Shown one piece after another: positions 22,208-34,733 of a stretch of 62,109 bases of DNA. Numbering within the stretch: the stretch's first letter is position 1; the number at the start of each line of letters is the position of its first letter. The notes under the pieces are model-generated. The model saw only the letters and a list, made by a program, of their open reading frames with translations, did not search any database and was not told the origin of the DNA. The position numbers and the translations under genes were made by a program. This stretch comes from Gammaproteobacteria bacterium. GTDB lineage: Bacteria; Pseudomonadota; Gammaproteobacteria; DRLM01. The stretch lies in the NCBI GenBank assembly GCA_023266095.1, contig JAHFRV010000001.1:1-62109 (forward strand). Reading direction: 5' to 3'.

Positions 22208-24283
22208 ATGAATAACCTTGACCTCAAATCCCCGGAGCTGTACGTCAATCGCGAGTTGAGCCTGCTGGAATTCAACCAACGCGTACTTGAACAGGCCAAG
22301 GACGAGGGGGTGCCGTTATTGGAGCGCCTGCGTTTTCTCTGCATCGCCTCGACGAATCTCGACGAATTTTTCGAGATCCGGGTGGCGGGCCTCAAACAAA
22401 AACTGGAGGCCGGCTCCATCCAGGCGGGCCCCGACAATCTATCGCCGCAGGAGAGCTTGAAACTGATCGGCGCGCGCGCCCACGCCCTGGTGGATGAACA
22501 GTATCGGGTCTTGAACGACGTCATCCTGCCCGCCCTGGCGCAGCAAGGCATCAACTGCATCCGCCGCGGCGACTGGACGCCGGCGCAAGAAGCGTGGCTG
22601 CGCAATCATTTCGAACAAACCGTGTTACCCGTGCTCAGCCCGATCGGACTCGACCCGTCCCATCCCTTCCCGCGCATCCTCAATAAAAGCCTCAACTTCA
22701 TCGTCGAGCTCACCGGCAAAGACGCCTTCGGCCGCAACAGCGGCATGGCCATCCTCCAGGCGCCGCGCGCCCTGCCGCGCATCATTCAACTGCCGGCGGA
22801 GGAAAGCGGCGGCGGTCCCCATGATTTCGTCTTCCTGTCCTCGGTGATCCACGCCTATGTCGGTCAACTGTTTCACGGCATGCGGGTGATGGGTTGTTAC
22901 CAATTCCGGGTCACGCGCAACTCCGACCTGTTCGTCGACGAGGAAGAAATCGAAGACTTATTGCGGGCGGTGGAGGGCGAACTGGTGGCGCGCAACTTCG
23001 GCGAGGCGGTGCGCCTGGAGATCAGCGACCAATGCTCCGACCAGGTCGCGAACTTCCTGCTGACCCGGTTCGGCATAGGCGCCGACGACCTCTATCGCGT
23101 CAACGGGCCGGTCAATCTCAATCGCCTGCAGACCGTCGCCGACCTCGCGGACCGTCCCGAATTGAAATATCCCAGCTTCACGCCGGGACTCAGCCCGGCG
23201 ATCGCCCGCAACGCCAATCTGTTCGAGGCCATCGCCAAACACGACATCCTGCTGCATCACCCCTTCGAATCCTTCGCCCCGGTCATCGACTTCGTGCGGC
23301 AGGCGGCGGAGGATCCCGATGTCCTCGCCATCAAGCAGACTCTCTATCGCAGCGGTCTCAAATCCGCCATCGTCGATGCCCTGGAGGCGGCGGCGCGGGC
23401 GGGCAAAGAAGTGACGGTAGTGATCGAACTGCGCGCCCGTTTCGACGAAGAGGCCAATGTGGGCCTGGCCAATCGCCTGCAGGAAGCCGGCGCGCATGTG
23501 GTATACGGCGTGGTGGGTTATAAGACCCACGCCAAAATGGTCCTGGTGATCCGCCGCGAGCAACAGCGCCTGCGCCATTACGTGCATCTCGGCACCGGCA
23601 ACTACCACTCGCGCACCGCGCGGATGTACACCGACTACGGCCTGTTCACCCGCGACACGGACCTCGGTCACGACGTCCATCAAGTCTTCCTGCAACTCAC
23701 CAGCCTGGGCAAGGTGCAAACCCTCAAAAAACTGCTGCCCTCACCCTTGACCCTGCACGAAGCCCTGCTGACCAAGATCGGCCGGGAAACCCAGCACGCC
23801 CGGCAGGGCCGCCGCGGACGCATCATCGCCAAGATGAACGCGCTGGTGGAACCGCAAATCATTCAGTCCTTGTATCAAGCCTCGCGGGCCGGCGTCGAGA
23901 TCGATCTGATCGTGCGCGGCATGTGCAGTCTGCGGCCCGGTCTGGCGGGCGTCTCGGATAACATCCGGGTGCGCTCGATCATCGGGCGTTTTCTGGAACA
24001 CACCCGCGTCTACCACTTCGGCAACGACGGCAACCCCGAGGTGTTCTGCTCCAGCGCCGACTGGATGGACCGCAATCTGTTCCGGCGGGTGGAAGTGTGT
24101 TTTCCCGTCACTCAGCCCGATCTCCAACAACGGCTCATCGACGACCTGGCCACCTATCTCGCCGACAACACCCAGGCCTGGCTGATGCAGGCCGACGGCG
24201 GTTACCTGCGCGCCACGATCGGCGAGGCGCCGCCGCTGTCCGCGCAGGCCCGTTTATTACAAAACCTCGCAGAACAGGCTTGA
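22208..24283 (+). CDS. ppk1: Polyphosphate kinase 1
   Basis: NRELSLLEFNQRV, NLDEFFEIRVAGL, HPFP, IKQTLYR, KTHAK, GTGNY, GRFLEH, SSADWMDRN. Confidence 0.98.
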   Translation: MNNLDLKSPELYVNRELSLLEFNQRVLEQAKDEGVPLLERLRFLCIASTNLDEFFEIRVAGLKQKLEAGSIQAGPDNLSPQESLKLIGARAHALVDEQYRVLNDVILPALAQQGINCIRRGDWTPAQEAWLRNHFEQTVLPVLSPIGLDPSHPFPRILNKSLNFIVELTGKDAFGRNSGMAILQAPRALPRIIQLPAEESGGGPHDFVFLSSVIHAYVGQLFHGMRVMGCYQFRVTRNSDLFVDEEEIEDLLRAVEGELVARNFGEAVRLEISDQCSDQVANFLLTRFGIGADDLYRVNGPVNLNRLQTVADLADRPELKYPSFTPGLSPAIARNANLFEAIAKHDILLHHPFESFAPVIDFVRQAAEDPDVLAIKQTLYRSGLKSAIVDALEAAARAGKEVTVVIELRARFDEEANVGLANRLQEAGAHVVYGVVGYKTHAKMVLVIRREQQRLRHYVHLGTGNYHSRTARMYTDYGLFTRDTDLGHDVHQVFLQLTSLGKVQTLKKLLPSPLTLHEALLTKIGRETQHARQGRRGRIIAKMNALVEPQIIQSLYQASRAGVEIDLIVRGMCSLRPGLAGVSDNIRVRSIIGRFLEHTRVYHFGNDGNPEVFCSSADWMDRNLFRRVEVCFPVTQPDLQQRLIDDLATYLADNTQAWLMQADGGYLRATIGEAPPLSAQARLLQNLAEQA

Positions 24284-24285
24284 TT

Positions 24286-25782
24286 TCAGCGATAACGCAG
24301 TTCGAATCCCACCGCTTCAAGATAACTCGCTTCCTGCTCCAAATCCCCGCGCGTCAAGGGATGGGCGTCCAACCAGCCCGCTGGAAAAAGGATATCCAGG
24401 TTTTTTTTACCGGCCTCCAGCGTGAATTTGGGCAACGACCCGGCGCTGCGGCCGCGTCGCAACAATACCGCCAGACGCAGGAGGATCGCCAGGCGCTGCA
24501 TGAGCCGCGCCGTGCCGTTGGGAATGTCCTTGAAGAATTTGACGGGAAATTTGCGGCGATGGGCGCGCACCAGCAAGGACAATAATTTTTGCTCCTGCGC
24601 GGAAAACCCCGCCAGGTCGGCGCTCTCGATGATATAAGCGCCATGCTGCTGATATTGGTTATGGCTGATATTCAAGCCGATCTCGTGCAGCTGCGCCGCC
24701 CAGTCCAGCCATTGGCTGATCTCGTGATCGACGAAACCCCAGGCCGATTCGACTTGCGCCAGGCACTGCTTGGCAGTCTGCCGCACCCGTTGCGCGTGTT
24801 CGGCGGCGACATGATGACGACGGGCCAGACTGGCCACGCTGTCGCCGCGCACATCGCGGTCGTGGATGCGGCCCAGCAGGTCGTAGAGCACGCCTTCCCG
24901 CAAAGCCCCTTTGGCCACGCCCATCTGTTTGATGTCGAGGGCCTCGAAGATGGCGAGCAGAATCACCACCCCGCCGGGCAACACCGGCGCCCGTTCGGCG
25001 CTGAGTCGCGGCACGGTCAGTTTATTCACATGACCGGCGTCGATCATCGCATCGAGCAACTTGCGCAAGGCGCCGCGATTGAGGGTGTCGCTACTCCAAC
25101 CCGCCGCGGTCACAATGCCATGCGCGGCGCGGATCGTCCCCGACGCGCCCACCGCGTTGACCCAACCCAGGTCGCGAAAGCTCGCCTCTACCGGTTCGAG
25201 TTCCAGACGCGCCGCCATCAAGGCGCGCTCCACCGCCCGCGCGCTGATCGTTCCATCCGCGAAAAAACGCTGACTCACGGAAACGCAGCCCATATCCAGG
25301 CTCTCCATATGACGCGGCGTAACCCCCGCGCCGATGATGATCTCGGTGCTGCCGCCGCCGATGTCGACCACCAAACGCGGTTTATCGTCGGCGGCCAGGC
25401 TGTGGGCGACGCCCAGATAAATCAGCCGCGCCTCCTCGGCACCGGCGATGATACCGATGGGATGGCCCAGGGCCTGCTCGGCCCGCGCGAGAAATTCACC
25501 GGCGTTGACCGCCTGGCGCAAGGCATTGGTGCCCACGGCGCGCACGCTGCCGGGCGGCAGGTCGCGCAAACGCTGACCGAAGCGTTGCAGGCAATCGAGG
25601 GCGCGCCGCTGCATCTCTTCGCTGAGATTCTGCTCGGCGTCGAGTCCCGCGCCCAAGCGCACCGGTTCGCGCAGACGATCGAGCACCTTAACGTCGCCTT
25701 GCACGTCGCGGGCGACGATCATATGAAAGCTGTTCGAGCCCAAGTCAACAGCGGCGACAATCTCACTGGGCTGGTGTGGCAT
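24286..25782 (-). CDS. ppx: Exopolyphosphatase (Ppx/GppA)
   Basis: VDLGSNSFHM, EEARLIYLGV, DIGGGSTE, ALREG, LHEIG. Confidence 0.96.
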   Translation of the reverse strand: MPHQPSEIVAAVDLGSNSFHMIVARDVQGDVKVLDRLREPVRLGAGLDAEQNLSEEMQRRALDCLQRFGQRLRDLPPGSVRAVGTNALRQAVNAGEFLARAEQALGHPIGIIAGAEEARLIYLGVAHSLAADDKPRLVVDIGGGSTEIIIGAGVTPRHMESLDMGCVSVSQRFFADGTISARAVERALMAARLELEPVEASFRDLGWVNAVGASGTIRAAHGIVTAAGWSSDTLNRGALRKLLDAMIDAGHVNKLTVPRLSAERAPVLPGGVVILLAIFEALDIKQMGVAKGALREGVLYDLLGRIHDRDVRGDSVASLARRHHVAAEHAQRVRQTAKQCLAQVESAWGFVDHEISQWLDWAAQLHEIGLNISHNQYQQHGAYIIESADLAGFSAQEQKLLSLLVRAHRRKFPVKFFKDIPNGTARLMQRLAILLRLAVLLRRGRSAGSLPKFTLEAGKKNLDILFPAGWLDAHPLTRGDLEQEASYLEAVGFELRYR

Positions 25783-25817
25783 TATTTCCTAGCTCCTATA
25801 ACAGCCATGCCGAACGA

Positions 25818-26834
25818 TCATTCGGCAAGGGAGGCGTCATTCTTAATCGGCAACCCTAACAACGCGACGCGCAACGGGTCCATGTCTTTTTTGAGAAACG
25901 GCGCCTCACCGTCACTCCGCCCCAGGTCGCCGGTGTAACTCGCATAACCTGTATACGCCTCCCGCCGCGCCAAACAGGCCAGGGCGATCAAGCCCGGCAG
26001 CGGATCGCGCCGCCGCAAATTTTTTAAGTCCGCCGCACCGGACGGCGCCAGCGCCGCGCGCAAACAACGCCGCGCATGCGCCGCCGCGGCCTCGACCGCA
26101 ACCTCCCCCAGGCGATGATGCAATACATTCATGTCATGAATATGACCGAGCCGGTCTTGCATATCCGTCAAGCGCGTAATCATGGCCCGCGCCGCGGGCA
26201 GCGCGGGACCCATGGGTTCGAGCAGATAACGCAAACGCTTGGCGGCGATGCGGGCATGGTGGATCGCTTCATCCTCCTCCACGCCGCGCACGGCGTTCAA
26301 ATGCGCGGTCAAGGTTTCATAATACACATCGAGGCGCGCCGCGCAGCACTCGGCATAGCGTGCATGTTGCGCGACGGGATGGTCGGCCAAGGCGGATTTC
26401 AGCCGGTCTTCCATCCGCTCCCAACGCTTGGAAAGTTTGGCGCGTAAACGCGCGTGTTCATCGTCCCGCTCTTGCCGGTAGCGGTCCAGCAACCAGCGCC
26501 AACCGTGGCGTTCGCCGGTTTTGAGTTGCGCCCGGTGCGCCTGTAGCCAGGCCAGCGCCACGTCGGCATCGCGGGCGCGATTGGTTTCACGCGCCAGGCG
26601 GCGCAGTTTGCCGTACAGCTTGGAGGAGAGCGGGACCTCTTCCTCGTGAGCCTCGAGCCAGCTGCGCAGGCGGCGCACAGCGACACGAAAATCGTGCAAA
26701 GCCTCTTGATGCGGCGACACCCGCCAACGCGCGTGGGCCCGGTCGATACGCCGCATGAGTTCGAGGGCATGGCGCCTCACTGCCATCCCGGCCGGCGCAT
26801 TCAACAAGGCGTACGCGGCCGCCGCCTCCGTCAT
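25818..26834 (-). CDS. CHAD-domain (polyphosphate-binding) protein
   Basis: LHDFRVAVRRLRS, RDADV, HHARIAAKRLRYLLE, QDRLGHIHD; ATG overlaps the sixA stop. Confidence 0.92.
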   Translation of the reverse strand: MTEAAAAYALLNAPAGMAVRRHALELMRRIDRAHARWRVSPHQEALHDFRVAVRRLRSWLEAHEEEVPLSSKLYGKLRRLARETNRARDADVALAWLQAHRAQLKTGERHGWRWLLDRYRQERDDEHARLRAKLSKRWERMEDRLKSALADHPVAQHARYAECCAARLDVYYETLTAHLNAVRGVEEDEAIHHARIAAKRLRYLLEPMGPALPAARAMITRLTDMQDRLGHIHDMNVLHHRLGEVAVEAAAAHARRCLRAALAPSGAADLKNLRRRDPLPGLIALACLARREAYTGYASYTGDLGRSDGEAPFLKKDMDPLRVALLGLPIKNDASLAE

Positions 26835-27334
26835 CGCCTGGTCACCCGACGCAAGATGGCCGGCGGACAAAACCAGCGCAGCTCGGCCTGAGCGCCTTGG
26901 GCGGCGGGAAAGGTCAACAGGCAGGCGCCGCCTTTTTTAAATTGAATGAACGAAGACTGACCGGGGACCAGCGAGCGACTGACCCACTCGCCCAGATCGG
27001 GCTCGTGACCGACGATGGCCACGCAACGCGGACCGGCCGCCAACTGCCGGTGCAAGGACGCGGGCGGCGCGCCGGGACTCAACGCCACGGTCTCTTTCAC
27101 AGCCAAACCGCTGTAGGCCTCGGCGACGATCTCGGCGGTTTGCCGCGCCCGCCGCAATGGGCTGGTGAATATCAGCTCGAGTTCCGGCACGAGAACCGCA
27201 AGGCCGCGCGCCACGTCGCGCATGCGCTGACGGCCTTTGGCGGTCAACGCACGTTCCGCATCACTAATCCCGCTAGCGGCGGCGACCTCGCGGTCTTGCG
27301 CAATGGCGTGACGTAGAACCAACACCTGCTTCAT
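26831..27334 (-). CDS. sixA: Phosphohistidine phosphatase SixA family
   Basis: LRHA, RALTAKG, TSPLRRARQTA, VGHEPDL. Confidence 0.9.
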   Translation of the reverse strand: MKQVLVLRHAIAQDREVAAASGISDAERALTAKGRQRMRDVARGLAVLVPELELIFTSPLRRARQTAEIVAEAYSGLAVKETVALSPGAPPASLHRQLAAGPRCVAIVGHEPDLGEWVSRSLVPGQSSFIQFKKGGACLLTFPAAQGAQAELRWFCPPAILRRVTRR

Positions 27335-27365
27335 CCGGGCACCTCAGTTAAGCGGACAGCATAAA

Positions 27366-27517
27366 GGAACCTCTGATTTATTCAGAGATTCCTGCGGCAC
27401 AGGGATGTGCCGCCATTTTCAATTGCGGCAGGCCATTGAAAATGAAGGAAAGCGAAAATCACATTTTTCGCGATCCTTAGCTCTGAGAATTCCAGGATGG
27501 AACTATTCAGAGCTTCC
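27366..27517 (+). mobile_element. MITE copy 1 (152 bp, IS5-like ends, TAAA target duplication)
   Basis: Ends GGAACCTCTGA...TCAGAGCTTCC; flanked by TAAA at 27362-65 and 27518-21; homologous copy at 41153-41306. Confidence 0.85.
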
Positions 27518-27771
27518 TAAACTCTAGTCTGGCACATTACAGCGTCGCCACCCGCAAAGCTCAACAGCAACAGCCGGGCGCGATCACCACAAAATTTAGC
27601 GTCATTCCCGCCGCCCACGGACTTCAATTTAAAAATACGGTGTACCCGGCTGTGGCGGCGGGCTTGTGGCAGAATGAAGACAGGCACTGAGCCAATCACC
27701 CATCGCTTACGCAACGCATCGCCGCGCGAAGCGCCTTGCGACGGAATGCGATAGGCCGGGAAATACCAGTC

Positions 27772-30471
<2,700 letters not shown>

Positions 30472-30654
30472 TGGGTTTGCAGCCCCGTTAAGCGAGCCTA
30501 CAAGCCGACGGACCTATTTCCGTGCCACATCGCCGGCCGGTATCCCGCCAGCCAACAGGTGCCGATGCCGCGCCGATGCGTTAAAGTTCGCTCCCGGCGG
30601 GGCGCCACCATCCGCGCCCGATTGTTAAGTTGATAACCAAGGCAGTCTCACCCG

Positions 30655-31461
30655 ATGTACTCGCGCACCGTTTTATCTTGTTTGCTGACCCTGACCCTCA
30701 CCACCCCTCCCGGCCATGCCGACCAACCCGCCCCGAGCGGCGCTGAGATCGTCAAACGCTGTTATTACAAATACGCCGGCGACGATCAACGTTCGCAACT
30801 GGTGATCGCCCTCACCGATGAAAACGGCAAAAAGGTCAAAAGCGAATACCTGCGGCTGTGGAAAAATTACGCGGGCAAAAACGGCATCGAAGACAAAGTG
30901 GTGCTGTTCACGCAATTTCCGCCGGACAATAAAGGTGTCAATTTCATGCGCTGGTCTTACAGCGACTTGAAGAAAGCCGCCGACCAGTGGGTCTATCTGC
31001 CGGAGATGCGCATGGTACGGCGCATCTCGCAACGCGATCCGAACAATATGGACTGGGGTTTCACCGACGAGGATTTGCGCATCCGCGCCCTCGACGAAGA
31101 CGAACATATTTTCAAGGAGGTCGCGCGCTTTGAAGACACTGAATATTATCTGGTGGAGAGCATTCCCAAACAGGATCCCACTTATGGCAAACGGGTCTCG
31201 TGGTTCAACAAAGCGGATGACTGGGAGGATTGCCTGCAACGGCGCATCGATTACTACGACAAACGCGGCGAACTGATGAAGACTCAGTTCATGAAATGGG
31301 AACGCGTCAAAGACGCCTGGGTCTGGCGCACGGTGGTGGTGAACAACAGCCGCAACGCAGCCTCGGCCGTGTACGACATGCGCCACGTCGAAGTGAACGT
31401 GGGCCTTACCGACGAGGATTTCACGCAACGCACGCTCAAACTCGGCGACCGCCCGCGTTAA
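30655..31461 (+). CDS. Outer membrane lipoprotein-sorting (LolA-like) protein
   Basis: Signal peptide; DQWVYLPEMRMVRRIS, FTDEDL, RIDYYDKRGELMKT, VNVGLTDEDFTQRTL. Confidence 0.8.
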   Translation: MYSRTVLSCLLTLTLTTPPGHADQPAPSGAEIVKRCYYKYAGDDQRSQLVIALTDENGKKVKSEYLRLWKNYAGKNGIEDKVVLFTQFPPDNKGVNFMRWSYSDLKKAADQWVYLPEMRMVRRISQRDPNNMDWGFTDEDLRIRALDEDEHIFKEVARFEDTEYYLVESIPKQDPTYGKRVSWFNKADDWEDCLQRRIDYYDKRGELMKTQFMKWERVKDAWVWRTVVVNNSRNAASAVYDMRHVEVNVGLTDEDFTQRTLKLGDRPR

Positions 31462-31535
31462 CGCGTGGCATTAACTTCGTTTTGAAGACGCCAGGCGCTA
31501 CCATGGTTACTCGCCCGTAACGTAATTTCACCGCC

Positions 31536-32450
31536 ATGCAACAAGTCCTGATCCAAATGGCGGCGCTCATCGCCTGCGGCGTCGCTTGGCGCTATATCAA
31601 ACCGCCGGAGCTGAGTGCCGACACGGCGCGTCGGGTACTCACCGGTCTGGTCTACACCGTGTTGTTACCGGCGCTGGTGTTACTGGTGCTGTGGCGCGCG
31701 CCGCTGAGCTGGGATGCGTTGCGCATCGCCCTGGTCGCCGCCAGCGGCGTGCTGGCGGGGCTGGCCGCCGCCCATATCGCCTACCGTCTGCGCGCCACAC
31801 CCAAGGCCATCACCGGCGCCATGTTGCTCGCCGCCGGCTTTCCCAACGTCACCTATTTAGGCCTGCCGGTGTTGGAAAAAACCTTCGGGCCGTGGGCGCG
31901 CAGCGTGGCCATCCAATATGATCTGTTCGCCTGTACACCCTTGCTGCTGACCGTGGGCATCCTCATCGCACGCGCCTACGGCGCGCATGAGGAACGTGAA
32001 AATCCCTTCGTGGGCTTGCTCAAAGTGCCGCCGCTGTGGGCAGCGGTGGCGGCGCTGACCCTCAATGGAGCGGGGGTGCCGCTGCCGACGGGCTTGGAGC
32101 AGTGGCTGCAAACCCTCGCCAATGGCGTGGTGCCCTTGATGCTGATTTCGCTGGGCATGGCGCTCACCTGGGATCCGCACTATCTGCAACGTCTGCCGCT
32201 GGTGGTGCCGGTGCTGATCATTCAACTGCTGCTCATGCCCTTGGTGGCCTGGGGTGTGGCAGTCCTGATCGGACTCAGTGGTGATCTGCTGATCGCCACT
32301 GTGCTGGAAGCGGCCATGCCCTGTATGGTGCTGGGCATGGTGCTGTGTGATCGTTACCACTTGGACACTCAGCTTTACGCCACCACCGTCACCTTGTCCA
32401 CTGCCCTCAGTTTGTTTACCCTGCCGCTTTGGTACGCGTGGTTACAGTGA
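31536..32450 (+). CDS. AEC (auxin efflux carrier) family transporter
   Basis: About 10 TM helices; FPNVTYLGLP, VLEAAMP. Confidence 0.9.
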   Translation: MQQVLIQMAALIACGVAWRYIKPPELSADTARRVLTGLVYTVLLPALVLLVLWRAPLSWDALRIALVAASGVLAGLAAAHIAYRLRATPKAITGAMLLAAGFPNVTYLGLPVLEKTFGPWARSVAIQYDLFACTPLLLTVGILIARAYGAHEERENPFVGLLKVPPLWAAVAALTLNGAGVPLPTGLEQWLQTLANGVVPLMLISLGMALTWDPHYLQRLPLVVPVLIIQLLLMPLVAWGVAVLIGLSGDLLIATVLEAAMPCMVLGMVLCDRYHLDTQLYATTVTLSTALSLFTLPLWYAWLQ

Positions 32451-32938
32451 GCAAACCTATGAAACATGGATCATGGTTCATGGTCACCGGCGCTGCGCTC
32501 AGCTTGCCGCTGGCCGGCTGTTTAATCAACAAGAGCGGCGCGGCGGATGCGCCGCTGCGCACGCTCGATCAAGGCGGTTCGACCGGCGTGCTCTCCCAGC
32601 GTTTCGAGGTGATCCGCGACCCCGCCTCGCTGGATGCGCTCTGGCGACAACATACCACGGTGATGAGCCCGCCTCCCCCGCTGCCGCACATCGACTTTGA
32701 ACGCGACATGGTCATCGCTGCCTTTCTCGGCCAGAAGGCCAGCGGCGGTGTTGAGCTGCAAATCAGCAAACTGGACAACGTGGGTGGCGCATTGACCGCG
32801 CACCTCAGCCTCACCAATCCCGGCAAGGACTGTATCGTCACCCAAGCGTTCAGCCAGCCTTATCACATCGTGGTCACGCCTCGGCATGAGCAAGTCATCC
32901 GTTTTCAGGTCAACACCCTCACCACCGACTGCAACTGA
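32447..32938 (+). CDS. PrcB C-terminal domain lipoprotein
   Basis: Lipobox LAGC; PHIDFERDMVIAAFLGQKASGG, VTQAFSQPYHIV; GTGA overlap with the upstream stop. Confidence 0.8.
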   Translation: MSKPMKHGSWFMVTGAALSLPLAGCLINKSGAADAPLRTLDQGGSTGVLSQRFEVIRDPASLDALWRQHTTVMSPPPPLPHIDFERDMVIAAFLGQKASGGVELQISKLDNVGGALTAHLSLTNPGKDCIVTQAFSQPYHIVVTPRHEQVIRFQVNTLTTDCN

Positions 32939-32957
32939 GCCGCGCATCAAACCCGCC

Positions 32958-34070
32958 ATGCCCCATCTGCTCGCCGCCATCACCGCCCACGGCTACGGCC
33001 ATCTGGCGCAAACCGCGCCGGTGTTGAATGCCTTGCGGCAACGCTGGCCTGAATTACGTCTCACGCTCTACACCGCCTTGCCGCACGCGCTGCTCGTCAA
33101 GCGTATCGTCGGTGAATTCACTCACATCGACCAAGCGCCGGACGTCGGCATGTTGATGAATAACGCTTTGTCGGTGAATGCCGACGTCAGTGCCGCGGCT
33201 TATCAGGTCTTTCATCGACACTGGCACCGTGACGTCGCGGCGGAGGCGCAATGGCTTGCGAAGCTCGCGCCCGATCTGGTTTTCGTCAATGCGCCATACC
33301 GCCTGCTCGCCGCGGCGAAACAAGCGGCTATTCCGGCCGTGGCCTTGTGTTCACTGAACTGGGCCGGCATCTATCGACATGTCTGTGGCCAGCGACCCGA
33401 AGCACCGGCCGTCCTCGAACAGATGCTCGCTGCTTACCACGACGCGGAGTTATTTTTACAACCCGCGCCGAGTATGCCCATGAGCGAACTCGCCAACCGC
33501 CGCACCATCGGACCCATCGCCCGCCTCGGCACGCCGCGCCGCGCCGAATTGGCAGCCCGCTGCGGTGCAGCCGAACACGACACATTTGTAATGGTATCGC
33601 TGGGCGGCATCCCCCTGCGATTGGACACCCGTCGCTGGCCGCAACGGCCGGGGCTGCATTGGATCGTGCCGCGGAGCTGGCACGCGCCGCGCGCCGACCT
33701 GACCGCCTTCGAATCACTCGGACTGGATTTCGTCGATACTCTGCGCAGCAGCGACGTCTTGCTGACTAAACCCGGTTACGGCAGTTTCAGCGAGGCCGTC
33801 TGCAACGGCGTTCCCGTATTGTATGTCCCGCGCGATGACTGGCCCGAGCAACCATATCTGGTGGAATGGCTGCATCGCCACGGCCGCGGCCTGGCCGTCA
33901 CGCCGCGCGCATTGGCGGAAGGCGACCTCGCCCGATCATTGCAACAGCTGCTCGATCTGCCCGCCGCCGCGCCGCCCGTGCCCAGCGGCATCGAACAGGC
34001 GGTCACCGTGTTAGCGGATCATGTGTGCGCATCCGCCGCCAACCGAAACGCGGCGCGGCGTCTTCCATAA
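32958..34070 (+). CDS. GT-B fold glycosyltransferase-like protein (L-arabinokinase N-terminal-like)
   Basis: HGYGHLAQ, DVGM, VSLGG, TKPGYGSFSEA, PRDDWPEQ. Confidence 0.7.
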   Translation: MPHLLAAITAHGYGHLAQTAPVLNALRQRWPELRLTLYTALPHALLVKRIVGEFTHIDQAPDVGMLMNNALSVNADVSAAAYQVFHRHWHRDVAAEAQWLAKLAPDLVFVNAPYRLLAAAKQAAIPAVALCSLNWAGIYRHVCGQRPEAPAVLEQMLAAYHDAELFLQPAPSMPMSELANRRTIGPIARLGTPRRAELAARCGAAEHDTFVMVSLGGIPLRLDTRRWPQRPGLHWIVPRSWHAPRADLTAFESLGLDFVDTLRSSDVLLTKPGYGSFSEAVCNGVPVLYVPRDDWPEQPYLVEWLHRHGRGLAVTPRALAEGDLARSLQQLLDLPAAAPPVPSGIEQAVTVLADHVCASAANRNAARRLP

Positions 34071-34100
34071 ATCAATGGCCCACCCCTTCCGGAGTGACGC

Positions 34101-34625
34101 ATGAACGAACGACGCCGCATTCTCTACCACGGCGGCGTAGTGGATCTCGGCCTGGAAACCGCCCGCTTACCCGGCGGCCGCGACATCAGTTTGGAAATCG
34201 TCCGTCATCGCGGCGGCAGCTCCGCGGCGGCCGTCGATGATCAGCAGCGCGTGTGTTTATTGCGTCAATATCGCCACGCCGCCGGCGACTGGATTTGGGA
34301 ATTGCCCGCGGGAAAACCTGATGACGGAGAAGCGGCACTGTGCACCGCGCAGCGCGAACTGGAGGAAGAGGCCGGTGTCCGCGCGACGGATTGGCAGACC
34401 TTGGGCGACATACTCACCACACCCGGTTTTTGCGATGAGGTCATTCAACTCTTCCTCGCCCGCCGACTGCAACTCGTCGCGCCTCGCCCCGAAGCGTATG
34501 AGTTGATCGAACGCCATTGGATAACCTGGTCCACCGCTCAACAATGGGCACTGGACGGCACCCTGCGCGACACCAAAACCGTGATTGGTTTACTGAGGGC
34601 CGCCAGCCTGCTGGCGCTGGAATGA
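34101..34625 (+). CDS. NUDIX hydrolase (ADP-ribose pyrophosphatase-like)
   Basis: RQYRH, WELPAGKPDDGE...AQRELEEEAG Nudix box, TPGF. Confidence 0.92.
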   Translation: MNERRRILYHGGVVDLGLETARLPGGRDISLEIVRHRGGSSAAAVDDQQRVCLLRQYRHAAGDWIWELPAGKPDDGEAALCTAQRELEEEAGVRATDWQTLGDILTTPGFCDEVIQLFLARRLQLVAPRPEAYELIERHWITWSTAQQWALDGTLRDTKTVIGLLRAASLLALE

Positions 34626-34733
34626 AAACCACCGCGAATTTCAGCAAAAAATAGCCAGCTAGTGCTAAGATGAAACCTCGCTTTACCAAGGTGTGCCGGC
34701 AGGCATCAACAACCTTACCAGGAGTGAATAGTC

